Assembly: GCA_052035175.1 (NCBI GenBank) | Contig: JBPOHV010000001.1 | Span: 622,428 to 686,427, forward strand | Direction of reading: 5' to 3' | DNA length: 64,000 bases | Source: a candidate division WWE3 bacterium | Lineage (GTDB): Bacteria > Patescibacteriota > WWE3 > UBA101185 > UBA10185 | Shown: positions 55,604-64,000 of the stretch, one piece after another | How the letters are laid out: the number at the start of each line of letters is the position of its first letter | Position numbering within the stretch: the stretch's first letter is position 1 | Notes under the pieces: model-generated | Database searches by the model: none | What the model was told of the DNA's origin: nothing | The model's input: only the letters and a program-made list of their open reading frames with translations | Translations under genes and position numbers: made by a program

Positions 55604-57373
55604 CTAAGAACTTGATACACGCATTACTTCTTCCAAAGTTGTTACACCCTCTATAACTCTTAAGAAACCATCTTGTTGAAGTGTAACCATACCCTCATCT
55701 TTAGCGACTGATTCAATCTTGCTAGCAGGGCTATTTTCCAAAGTCATATGAGCAACTTCTGTAGAAACCCTCAAAACTTCAAAAATACCAACTCGACCTT
55801 TATAACCTGTATTACCGCATTTATCGCAGCCTTTACCTTTGTATAAACTAAGCTTTTCTTTACTCAATAAATCTATAAGCTTCGCAACTTCGTGATCTTG
55901 CGTCATCAAAACTTTATTGTCTTTAAGTGGTTTTAATGATGCTGTGATGTCTTCTGCAATTTCTGATGGTGCATCATAAGCTTCTTTACAATCTGGACAT
56001 ATGCGACGTACAAGACGTTGTGCTAAAACAGAGTTTATTGTTGAAGCCAACAAAAAGCTTTCAACGCCCATATCTAAAAGTCTAGGAATAGCACCAGATG
56101 AAGAATTTGTATGCAAAGTAGCCAACACTAAGTGACCGGTAAGAGCAGCGTGTACTGCAAGTTCTGCAGTTTCTGCGTCGCGGATTTCTCCGATCATTAT
56201 GACGTTTGGATCTTGACGTAAAAATGCACGCAACCCAGTTGCAAATGTAAGACCAGCTTGAGGATTTACTTGAACTTGATTTACACCAGGCACACGAATT
56301 TCAACTGGATCTTCTATAGTAACAATGTTTACTCTAACAGAATTTAATTTTGATAAAGCAGACGCCTGGGTGACTGATTTACCTGAGCCAGTAGGACCAG
56401 TAACCAATACCATACCTGTCGGTTTTAAAAGAGATTCTTCAAAACGACGCAAAGAAAGACCGCGTAATCCCAAATCTTTAAAACTGAAAACAACGCCTTC
56501 TTCACGCAAAAGTCTTATAACAACTTTTTCACCAAAGATCGTTGGCAAAGTTGAAACTCTCAAATCGACCGAAACTTTACCAACTTGAAACTTTATACGA
56601 CCATCTTGAGGAATACGTTTTTCGTCTATTTTCATACTTCCAGACAAAATCTTTATTCTTGCGATGATAGAATCGTGCATTTCTTTTGGAATTCTACGTT
56701 TTTCTTCCAAAACACCATCGACACGATAACGCAAACGTGAGTCTGATTCGCCTGGTTCCAAATGAATATCTGAAGCGCCAAGTTTGACAGCTGTTTCCAA
56801 AATCATACCTACAACACGCGCAATTGGTGCATCACGAATAGTAGCTTCGGTAAGTTCTTGATGAGATTCTTCAATTTTTAATACATTTTTCTCATCGCTA
56901 ATCTCTTGAAGTGCGGCACTTATCTCATCTGCGATTGCTTTTCCGTGTTGTTCATCTAAAAAGTGAGATATTTGATTTTCTAATGCGATAAGAGGAACAA
57001 TTTTATAACCACTTTTTCTTTCGACAAAATCGATTGTTTGCAAATCCAAAGGATTGCCCATAGCAAGTTTCAAAATATTGCCATCTAGGGCTACAGGTAT
57101 AACTTTGAATTTTTGCGTAAGACTAAGTGGAACATTTTCAAATAATTTTGGATTAATTTTAAAACCTGTTAAGTCAATGAATTCAAACCCATATGCTTCA
57201 CCAAATGCTTTGGCATAGTCTTCACTGCTTACATAACCACGTTCTTTGATTATTTCGGTTGTTGGTTTATCTGAATTTACATGCTCAAATTTGATAGCAG
57301 AAAGCTGATCGGTAGTCAGGAGCTTTCTTTCGAATAAGACATCTTCAATTGACTTTGGTTTATTAACACTCAT
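55604..57373 (-). CDS. pilB: type IV pilus assembly ATPase PilB (GspE family)
   Basis: GSPII N-domain, Walker A GPTGSGKS, and a C-terminal tetracysteine CPDC...CDKC. Confidence 0.85.
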   Translation of the reverse strand: MSVNKPKSIEDVLFERKLLTTDQLSAIKFEHVNSDKPTTEIIKERGYVSSEDYAKAFGEAYGFEFIDLTGFKINPKLFENVPLSLTQKFKVIPVALDGNILKLAMGNPLDLQTIDFVERKSGYKIVPLIALENQISHFLDEQHGKAIADEISAALQEISDEKNVLKIEESHQELTEATIRDAPIARVVGMILETAVKLGASDIHLEPGESDSRLRYRVDGVLEEKRRIPKEMHDSIIARIKILSGSMKIDEKRIPQDGRIKFQVGKVSVDLRVSTLPTIFGEKVVIRLLREEGVVFSFKDLGLRGLSLRRFEESLLKPTGMVLVTGPTGSGKSVTQASALSKLNSVRVNIVTIEDPVEIRVPGVNQVQVNPQAGLTFATGLRAFLRQDPNVIMIGEIRDAETAELAVHAALTGHLVLATLHTNSSSGAIPRLLDMGVESFLLASTINSVLAQRLVRRICPDCKEAYDAPSEIAEDITASLKPLKDNKVLMTQDHEVAKLIDLLSKEKLSLYKGKGCDKCGNTGYKGRVGIFEVLRVSTEVAHMTLENSPASKIESVAKDEGMVTLQQDGFLRVIEGVTTLEEVMRVSSS

Positions 57374-57466
57374 ATGGGCAGTTCTCTATGCAATATTATT
57401 GCAATATCTTCTTAATGATAACAAGTTGTATCTCTACCATCAATAATTTAAAGTATAATACCGAAT

Positions 57467-58117
57467 ATGGCGGCGATTTTTATATACGGAAGCGAGGATT
57501 CAGCTAGGCAAAACAAGCTAAACGAGTATATTGCACAATATTTTGAAAAAAAAGAGCATGCAGACTTACTAATAGTAGAAGCAGAGAAAGACAAGAAAAG
57601 CATCGGCATCGACCAAATAAAACAAATTAACCAGTTTAGTATAAAAAAACCATTTTCTGCTAACAAGAAAATATGTGCGATCCCTCATGCAAATAGTTTG
57701 ACTATACAAGCTCAAAATGCTTTGTTGAAAATTTTGGAAGAACACCCAAGTTATTTGGATATTTACTTACTAGCACCAAATGTAAGCGCAGTTTTACCCA
57801 CAATATTATCTAGGTGCAAAAGAATACGTATAAATGAGCAACAAGAAGTGTTTTCACAACAATTTTCTGATGTTTTTGATATTTCTATTGGACAAAGACT
57901 AGACTTAGCTGATGAGATTTCTGCGCAAACGCCTGAAGAAATTGCTGAAACATTCAAATCGTGGATTCAAATAATCAGGAAGCGACTACACCAAAATCAA
58001 GATGCTATGGCGTTTGCGCATAACACAAAACTTATAATGAAAGCGAAAAAAGACCTTGAAACCACAAATATGAATAAGAAGCTAATTGTGGAATGGTTGT
58101 TAGTTAACCTCACCTAG
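57467..58117 (+). CDS. holB: DNA polymerase III delta-prime-like clamp-loader subunit
   Basis: SRC motif (PTILSRCKRI), degenerate Walker A, AAA+ lid. Confidence 0.65.
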   Translation: MAAIFIYGSEDSARQNKLNEYIAQYFEKKEHADLLIVEAEKDKKSIGIDQIKQINQFSIKKPFSANKKICAIPHANSLTIQAQNALLKILEEHPSYLDIYLLAPNVSAVLPTILSRCKRIRINEQQEVFSQQFSDVFDISIGQRLDLADEISAQTPEEIAETFKSWIQIIRKRLHQNQDAMAFAHNTKLIMKAKKDLETTNMNKKLIVEWLLVNLT

Positions 58118-58142
58118 GGTAAAATCATTTGGCTAATTCTAT

Positions 58143-60110
58143 ATGACAAACTCTTACAGCTCAGAACAAATACAAGTACTCGAAGGTTTAGACGCAGTTC
58201 GTAAGCGCCCAGGTATGTATATTGGGTCTACAGGTGAACCAGGCTTGCATCATTTGATTACAGAAATAATCAATAACTCGATGGACGAAGCCATGGGCGG
58301 ATTTGCGACTCATATCAGGCTCGACTTTCTCAAAGATGGTTCCACTGCGATATACGACAACGGCCGAGGTGTTCCTTTTGATATTAAAAAAGAATACGGT
58401 GTAAGTGCATTGCAACTTGTTTATACCGAATTACACGCAGGAGGAAAGTTTGGTGGCGGAGGATATAAAGTAGCAAGCGGTCTGCACGGAGTAGGTTCGT
58501 CTGTAGTAAACGCACTTTCCGAGTGGATGCGTGTTGTTGTAAAACGAGGCGACAAAATAGTTATTCAAGAATACGAAAAAGGCGGAAAAGTTTTGCGCCC
58601 TGTTGAAGATCTAAATATAAAAAAACCAATTTCTAAAATAAAAGGTGTCGATGTAAATCTCGACTTGGAAAATTGGCAATACGAAAGCGGCACTATCGTA
58701 CAATTCTTACCAGACGCATCAATTTTTGAAACTACCGATTTTAAACTGAAATTCTTTTTGACACAGATAAAAGAGTACGCTTATCTTACACCTGGCGTTA
58801 AATTTGAAATAAATGACGAAAGAGTAGGGGAGCATTTGGTATTTTACTTTGAGGGTGGCCTCAAAGCTTACCTAAAAGCATTAAATAGAAATAAAAAGAT
58901 TATTAACGAGACTCCATTTGTTATACGTAAAGAAGTTGACGATGTAGATGTAGAAGTAGGTATTCAATACACTGATGCATACGGTCAAAACTTACTTAGT
59001 TTTGCAAATAATTTGCGTACACAAGAAGGCGGTACACATTTAACTGGTTTCAAAACTGCGCTTACAAAATCTATAAATGACTATGCCAAAGCGAATAATC
59101 TTGTAAAAGATACTGACAATGGCTTGATGGGTGACGACATTCTAGAGGGCATTACTGCTATTGTTTCTGTCAGGCTTGACTCAATGAAATTGCAATTTGA
59201 AGGACAAACCAAAGGCAAACTAGGTAGCTCAGTAGCAAGACCTGCAGTAGAAACTGTAGTAAAAGAAGGCTTAGAGCAATTTTTGGGAGAAAATCCAAAA
59301 GACGCCAAAGCTATCATCGAAAAAAATCTTATAGCTTACAAGGCAAGGCTTGCTGCCAAAGCAGCCCGCGATAGTGTTATTAGAAAAAGCGCACTCGAAG
59401 GTGGCGGTGTTTTACCTGGTAAATTGGCCGATTGCTCGACCAAAGACAAAGAAAAAAGCGAATTATTCATAGTAGAAGGAGACTCAGCAGCTGGACCTGC
59501 AAAAGACGGAAGAGACAGGGTGACTCAAGCGATATTACCGATGTTTGGAAAAATCATTAATACAGAAAAAGCTCGATTAGACAAAATTGTCGAGTCAGAG
59601 AAATTTAAAACTCTTATTATTGCAGTAGGCGGCGGTATAGGAGATCTTTATAATCCAGAACGCTTGCGTTACGGCAAAATAATAGTCATGGCTGATGCAG
59701 ACATCGACGGGCAACATATTATGACTTTGTATTTAACATTCTTTTATAGACATATGGTTCAACTAGTACAAGAAGGCCGAGTTTATCTGGCTGTTCCTCC
59801 TTTATACAAAGCAACATGGGGCAAAGAAAAGAAATACCTTTTTGACGATAAAGATTTAGAAGCGTTTAACAAAACACCAAACGGCCCAAAGGCTACTATT
59901 CAACGGTTCAAAGGTCTTGGTGAAATGAATTCTGACGAGCTATGGGAAACTACAATGAATCCTCAAACTCGAAGACTCAAAAAAATTCAAGTCGACGATG
60001 CAGCCAAAGCTGACGAAATATTTACTATGCTTATGGGTCAAGAAGTGGCCCCACGCAAACGCTTTATTCAAGCCAATGCCAAATACGCAAATATCGACGT
60101 TGCAGGCTAA
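58143..60110 (+). CDS. gyrB: DNA gyrase subunit B (topoisomerase IV ParE not excluded)
   Basis: GHKL ATPase motifs (LHHLITEIINNSMDEAMGG), TOPRIM EGDSAAG, and a C-terminal tail. Confidence 0.9.
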   Translation: MTNSYSSEQIQVLEGLDAVRKRPGMYIGSTGEPGLHHLITEIINNSMDEAMGGFATHIRLDFLKDGSTAIYDNGRGVPFDIKKEYGVSALQLVYTELHAGGKFGGGGYKVASGLHGVGSSVVNALSEWMRVVVKRGDKIVIQEYEKGGKVLRPVEDLNIKKPISKIKGVDVNLDLENWQYESGTIVQFLPDASIFETTDFKLKFFLTQIKEYAYLTPGVKFEINDERVGEHLVFYFEGGLKAYLKALNRNKKIINETPFVIRKEVDDVDVEVGIQYTDAYGQNLLSFANNLRTQEGGTHLTGFKTALTKSINDYAKANNLVKDTDNGLMGDDILEGITAIVSVRLDSMKLQFEGQTKGKLGSSVARPAVETVVKEGLEQFLGENPKDAKAIIEKNLIAYKARLAAKAARDSVIRKSALEGGGVLPGKLADCSTKDKEKSELFIVEGDSAAGPAKDGRDRVTQAILPMFGKIINTEKARLDKIVESEKFKTLIIAVGGGIGDLYNPERLRYGKIIVMADADIDGQHIMTLYLTFFYRHMVQLVQEGRVYLAVPPLYKATWGKEKKYLFDDKDLEAFNKTPNGPKATIQRFKGLGEMNSDELWETTMNPQTRRLKKIQVDDAAKADEIFTMLMGQEVAPRKRFIQANAKYANIDVAG

Positions 60111-60216
60111 ACCTAACAGTTTAAATACCACCCTATAGCTTTCTTATATATTTTTGATACAATCCCTATCATATATTCACTATGGGGATCATCGTCCCCG
60201 AAGGAGAAAAATAACG

Positions 60217-60867
60217 ATGAAAAAATTGATTGTTTTGGTTCTGCTTTTCGCAACTATGGTTGCGTTAGCAGGAATGCCCTCCCTTACGGGAGGAGCGACG
60301 GGCGGTGAACCCACCCCGACAAATGTTCCAAATTTGCCACCAACACCAACTCTGGTACCGGCGAATGGGTTGGAGCCAAAATCTTTTTTGGCGTTGGTCC
60401 AAAATGGACCAACCTTGGTGCCCCCAGTCCCACCGACTGGAACACCAACGGCAACTCCGACTGATCTACCAACCCCCACCCCAGCACCTTATCAAGAAAC
60501 AAAGTGCGGGCCGTTGCCAGAAGGCATTATTGACGGGTTTTATGATCCGGAATGGACGTCTATCTGGGCACAAAGCAATGCCATCGGCTGGACAGGGCCA
60601 GCTAGGATTGATGCCATGGAAAATGAATTCACTGTCCCAGGGGGGGATGCGGCAGTGTTTATTCTGACAGACCATGGTGCCATCTTCTGGGATCAAACCC
60701 AGGTCGATGGCCATGACCAAATGTCTGCGTGCCATACCAATATGGCACCAGATGAAAACACAGTGAACAAATGGGCACAAGATGCCCAAACAAATACTGG
60801 GGCTCCCAATATCTGGATTGTCACCATCATTGACGGTGACCTCCACGCGGTATTGTGGGCCCCATAG
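60217..60867 (+). CDS. secreted Pro/Thr-linker protein in a GC-rich island (copy 1)
   Basis: SD AAGGAG, a signal peptide and a PTPT linker. Paralogue of 61020-61595. The longer listed ORF start is upstream of the SD. Confidence 0.5.
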   Translation: MKKLIVLVLLFATMVALAGMPSLTGGATGGEPTPTNVPNLPPTPTLVPANGLEPKSFLALVQNGPTLVPPVPPTGTPTATPTDLPTPTPAPYQETKCGPLPEGIIDGFYDPEWTSIWAQSNAIGWTGPARIDAMENEFTVPGGDAAVFILTDHGAIFWDQTQVDGHDQMSACHTNMAPDENTVNKWAQDAQTNTGAPNIWIVTIIDGDLHAVLWAP

Positions 60868-60884
60868 TAAAAATATGTTAGGCA

Positions 60885-60942
60885 AAAAAGACCTTGTCGA
60901 GCCGATAGCGATATCGCATGACGAGGTCTTTTGCGTTGTATA
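60885..60942 (+). terminator. 58-bp repeat containing a terminator hairpin (copy 1)
   Basis: AAGACCTTGTC ... GACGAGGTCTT stem then TTGCGTTG. Near-identical to 61610-61668. Confidence 0.6.
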
Positions 60943-61019
60943 CATAAAAGCAAACATTGATATAATCCCTACTAATAATTCACGTGTGAGTACAATTACT
61001 TGCACAAAAGGAGCAAAAG

Positions 61020-61595
61020 ATGAAGAAGTCTTATTTAGTTCTGCTGATACCATTAGCAATGGTGATCTTAGCAGGCATGCCGGCCCTTACGAGCCAGGCA
61101 CAAGGTGGCGAAGCTACCCCTTCACCAGAACAACCCACAAAAAGTTTTCTAGTGTTCATGCCTGCAGTAATGCGGGCAGACACATATCAAGAAAGTTTTT
61201 GCGGGCCAGTGGAAAGCGGAGGCGTAATTTTGAATTACGAATCCAATTTCCCGGCGCTGCAAGCGCCAGAAGATCCCCAGTACACCCACATCGTTGGGTG
61301 GGCCAGTTGGTCTTATGTAACATATCAAGGCCAAAGTTGGTTGATTCCAGAAGGGGATGTTGCTGTTTTCATTACTCAGGCGAACCAGTCACTTGAGTTT
61401 TTTAACATGCAACTCGTTGAAGGACATGCTTTTATGGAAGCGTGTGCCGCTACAAAGTTCCCGCCTGGGCCAAGTCTCCTAGCATGGGGAGATAAAGCCA
61501 GAACTGGGACTGGCGTTGGCGGGCTGCTTTGGCTCATCACAATCACTGAAAGTGGTGAGCTAAAGGTTGATCCCTGGCCAGGGATCGTGCAGTAA
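61020..61595 (+). CDS. secreted protein in a GC-rich island (copy 2, diverged paralogue)
   Basis: Signal peptide MKKSYLVLLIPLAMVILAG. Shares CGP..G.I, PEGD.AVFI and EGHAFMEAC blocks with copy 1 and the same TTGATAYAATCCC promoter-like upstream sequence. Confidence 0.5.
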   Translation: MKKSYLVLLIPLAMVILAGMPALTSQAQGGEATPSPEQPTKSFLVFMPAVMRADTYQESFCGPVESGGVILNYESNFPALQAPEDPQYTHIVGWASWSYVTYQGQSWLIPEGDVAVFITQANQSLEFFNMQLVEGHAFMEACAATKFPPGPSLLAWGDKARTGTGVGGLLWLITITESGELKVDPWPGIVQ

Positions 61596-61609
61596 ATCTT
61601 TATGGCGCG

Positions 61610-61668
61610 AAAAAAGACCTCGTCGAGCCGATAGCAATATCGCATGACGAGGTCTTTTGCGTTGTATA
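61610..61668 (+). terminator. 58-bp repeat containing a terminator hairpin (copy 2)
   Basis: AAAGACCTCGTC ... GACGAGGTCTTT, an 11-bp perfect stem, then TTGCGTTG. Confidence 0.6.
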
Positions 61669-61695
61669 GATATATTTAATGAAATTCCGAGATAA

Positions 61696-62304
61696 TTAGT
61701 TTGCTAGCTGACCGTCAAAAGTTTTTTTGAAAAACTCATGAGCTTCTTTGATTATCTTGTAAGCGTCTTCTTTGTTACCCCAACCTTCGACTAATACCTT
61801 TTTGTCGTGTTGACCTTTGTATTTGAATTGAAGATCTTTGTATCTTTCAAAAAAGAAAGTGATTTCATCTCTTTGATGCGTACTCAAATCATTTATATCT
61901 TCGATATGTTTGTATCTTATATCATCAGCAGGAACTGCTAATATTTTGTCATCTTTGTCACCACTATCATTAAAAAGCATTACACCAATAGGTCTTACAG
62001 AAATAAGACACCCCGGAAAAGTTGGATAATGTACCAGGCACATAACATCGAGCAAATCATTGTCATGATCCCAAGTTTGTGGAATAGCGCCATATTCAAC
62101 AGGGTAGGGGAGTTTGGAAAATAAAACTCTGTCTAGTTTGATCAAACCAGTTTGAGTATGAAATTCGTATTTGTTTATAGAACCCATTGGAGTCTCGACC
62201 AACATATTAATTTCTTTTGGCGTATTATCTCCTACAGGTAAACCAAAGAGAGGATTAAACATAGCATGAAATACTGTATCATTAAGGTGTTTTATGTCAG
62301 CCAT
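61696..62304 (-). CDS. ppa: inorganic pyrophosphatase (family I)
   Basis: YPVEYGAIPQTWDHDNDLLDVMCL...DDKILAVPADD. Start set at MADIKH. Confidence 0.8.
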   Translation of the reverse strand: MADIKHLNDTVFHAMFNPLFGLPVGDNTPKEINMLVETPMGSINKYEFHTQTGLIKLDRVLFSKLPYPVEYGAIPQTWDHDNDLLDVMCLVHYPTFPGCLISVRPIGVMLFNDSGDKDDKILAVPADDIRYKHIEDINDLSTHQRDEITFFFERYKDLQFKYKGQHDKKVLVEGWGNKEDAYKIIKEAHEFFKKTFDGQLAN

Positions 62305-62388
62305 AGTAAAAGTGATATTACTACAATCAAAAAAGCTCTGCAACATTGAACCAACCTGCTAAACCTGGTACGATGTGTTAGCTCTGAT

Positions 62389-64000
62389 ATGAAAAAAGAT
62401 AAAGTCACACAATTAAATGAAGAAATCGAAGGCTCAACCTCACAAGGTACTATCCTAAATTCAGATATTTCAGAAGAAATGCAAAGGTCATACCTCGATT
62501 ATGCGATGAGCGTAATTGTATCTCGTGCATTACCTGACGTAAGAGACGGCTTAAAACCAGTTCACCGAAGAATAATTTATTCTATGGCTGAAAAAGGTTA
62601 TAACTCAACTTCAAATTTCAAAAAATGCGCAACGGTCGTAGGCGACGTCATGGGTAGATACCACCCTCATGGTGATAGTTCTATATACGAAGCACTCGTT
62701 AGGATGGGGCAACCATTTTCTTTGAGATATACATTTATCAACCCACAAGGAAATTTTGGCAACATCGACGGTGACCCTGCAGCCGCAATGAGGTACACAG
62801 AATGTAAACTTACAAAGCTAGCAGAAGAACTTTATCGAGACATTGACAGCGACACTATAGATTTTGTGCTAAATGACCTTCAAAACTATGAACCTACTGC
62901 ACTTCCTTCAGCTATACCAAATCTAATAATCAACGGCGCAGTTGGTATTGCTGTTGGTATGGCTACAAATATTCCACCGCATAATCTTGGCGAAATAATC
63001 GACGGTATAAGCTTGTTAATCGATACTGCCGAAAAGATCGGTACACCACCGGTAAAAGATGCAGTTGGTAAAGAAATACTAATATACGAAGGTAAAGTAC
63101 CTAGCGTATTTGCACAAGTTGCGGCAACCGAGTTTGTATCAAAAGCAACTGTAGAAGATTTGATCAAATATGTAAAAGGACCCGACTTCCCAACCGGCGG
63201 TATTATTTATGATCAAAAAGAACTTATGCAGGTCTACGCTACGGGACGAGGCCGAGTAGTAACCAGAGCTAGAACACAAATAGAAGAAGTAAAAGGTCAA
63301 ACACGCATAATTGTTAGCGAAATACCATATCAAGTAGTCAAAGCAACGCTGATATCAAAAATAGCTGACCTCGTTAAAGAAAAGAAGATTGAAGGAATAT
63401 CAAATCTACGCGATGAATCAAACAAGCAAGGAATGCGCATAGTAATAGAGCTTAAACGCGATGCAATTGCAAAAAAAGTTGAAAACCAATTGTTTAAGTA
63501 CACCGCATTGCAAAGTACATTTAACGCAAACATCGTTGCATTGGTAAATAATGAACCGCGCTTACTCACGCTCAAAATGATTTTGGAAGAATTTATCAAA
63601 CACAGACAAAGCGTAGTAGTAAGACGCACTTTATTCTTATACAAAAAAGCTAAAGAAAGAGAACATATCTTAATAGGATTGAAAAAAGCCTTGGATATTC
63701 TCGACGAAGTAATAGCGCATATTCGAGCCAGTAAAGACGCAGAAACAGCCAAAGCAGGATTGATAACCAAATTTGGTTTTTCTGAAATACAAGCTCAAGC
63801 AATCTTGGATATGCAATTACGAAAATTGGCAGCACTAGAACGAAAGAAGATTGAAGAAGAATTGGCAGAGATATTAAACACAATTAAATCGTTTGAAACT
63901 TTACTGGCTTCCCCTGAAAAGATTATTAAAACTGTAAAAGATGAACTACTTTCTCTTAAAGAGAAATATGGTGATGAGCGCAAGACAAAAGTTATAAAAG
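62389..64000 (+). CDS. gyrA: DNA gyrase subunit A, N-terminal part (continues beyond window)
   Basis: [33 protein letters not shown]...[16 protein letters not shown]. The frame is open to the window end. Confidence 0.9.
   Translation, partial: MKKDKVTQLNEEIEGSTSQGTILNSDISEEMQRSYLDYAMSVIVSRALPDVRDGLKPVHRRIIYSMAEKGYNSTSNFKKCATVVGDVMGRYHPHGDSSIYEALVRMGQPFSLRYTFINPQGNFGNIDGDPAAAMRYTECKLTKLAEELYRDIDSDTIDFVLNDLQNYEPTALPSAIPNLIINGAVGIAVGMATNIPPHNLGEIIDGISLLIDTAEKIGTPPVKDAVGKEILIYEGKVPSVFAQVAATEFVSKATVEDLIKYVKGPDFPTGGIIYDQKELMQVYATGRGRVVTRARTQIEEVKGQTRIIVSEIPYQVVKATLISKIADLVKEKKIEGISNLRDESNKQGMRIVIELKRDAIAKKVENQLFKYTALQSTFNANIVALVNNEPRLLTLKMILEEFIKHRQSVVVRRTLFLYKKAKEREHILIGLKKALDILDEVIAHIRASKDAETAKAGLITKFGFSEIQAQAILDMQLRKLAALERKKIEEELAEILNTIKSFETLLASPEKIIKTVKDELLSLKEKYGDERKTKVIK

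Noticed and set aside
60189-61645. Multiple overlapping antisense and alternative-frame ORFs (60189-60479, 60284-60502, 60305-60667, 60466-61059, 60693-60953, 60782-61396, 61149-61334, 61376-61645)
   Set aside because: They are artefacts of the stop-codon-poor GC-rich island. The two SD-preceded signal-peptide genes explain the region.

Overview
This 64-kb window reads like an AT-rich, small-genome bacterial chromosome; a Candidate Phyla Radiation/Patescibacteria-like source (e.g. Saccharibacteria) is an inference from the truncated domain architectures and the type IV pilus machinery. Most genes are housekeeping and syntenic. They include a clpP protease gene preceded by a trigger factor, the thrS-infC-rpmI-rplT-pheS-pheT operon, recG, rsmD, rpmF, nusB, rnc, rpsP-KH-trmD, holB, gyrB and gyrA, ppa, truB, and two class A penicillin-binding proteins. 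Two type IV pilus loci are present. One carries pilM-pilN-pilO, seven tandem prepilin genes, two PilX-like genes and a 1061-aa Cys-rich PilY1-position protein. The other carries pilB-pilT-pilC, a pilin gene and pilD. Five tRNAs fold canonically and encode CCA: Arg-TCT, Leu-TAA, Pro-TGG, Leu-TAG and Val-GAC.

The most unusual part lies between the convergent pheT and PBP1A genes (27247-28619). It is a 1.37-kb non-coding island bounded by perfect 27-bp inverted repeats that abut both stop codons. It holds three tRNA-like genes without encoded CCA: a candidate tRNA-Ile(UAU) and two whose hand-folded anticodon loops appear to be only 6 nt. It also holds consensus promoters, long hairpins and a third internal copy of the repeat. 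The repeat core, GACCWGGTC-N-GACCWGGTC, recurs twice more in the window, each time just upstream of a tRNA-Leu gene.

Other notable features:
- a GC-rich, palindrome-dense insert (34150-34930) encoding two paralogous SD-preceded ~46-49-aa hydrophobic peptides, which resemble type I toxin loci;
- an ACP homologue whose phosphopantetheine-site serine is replaced by Glu, sitting in the relic rpmF...acpP-rnc context;
- an atypical Ser/Thr-kinase-like gene immediately 3' of tRNA-Val;
- a GGDEF-motif protein;
- a second GC-rich repeat family;
- a GC-rich tandem-duplicated secreted-protein cassette inserted between gyrB and gyrA.
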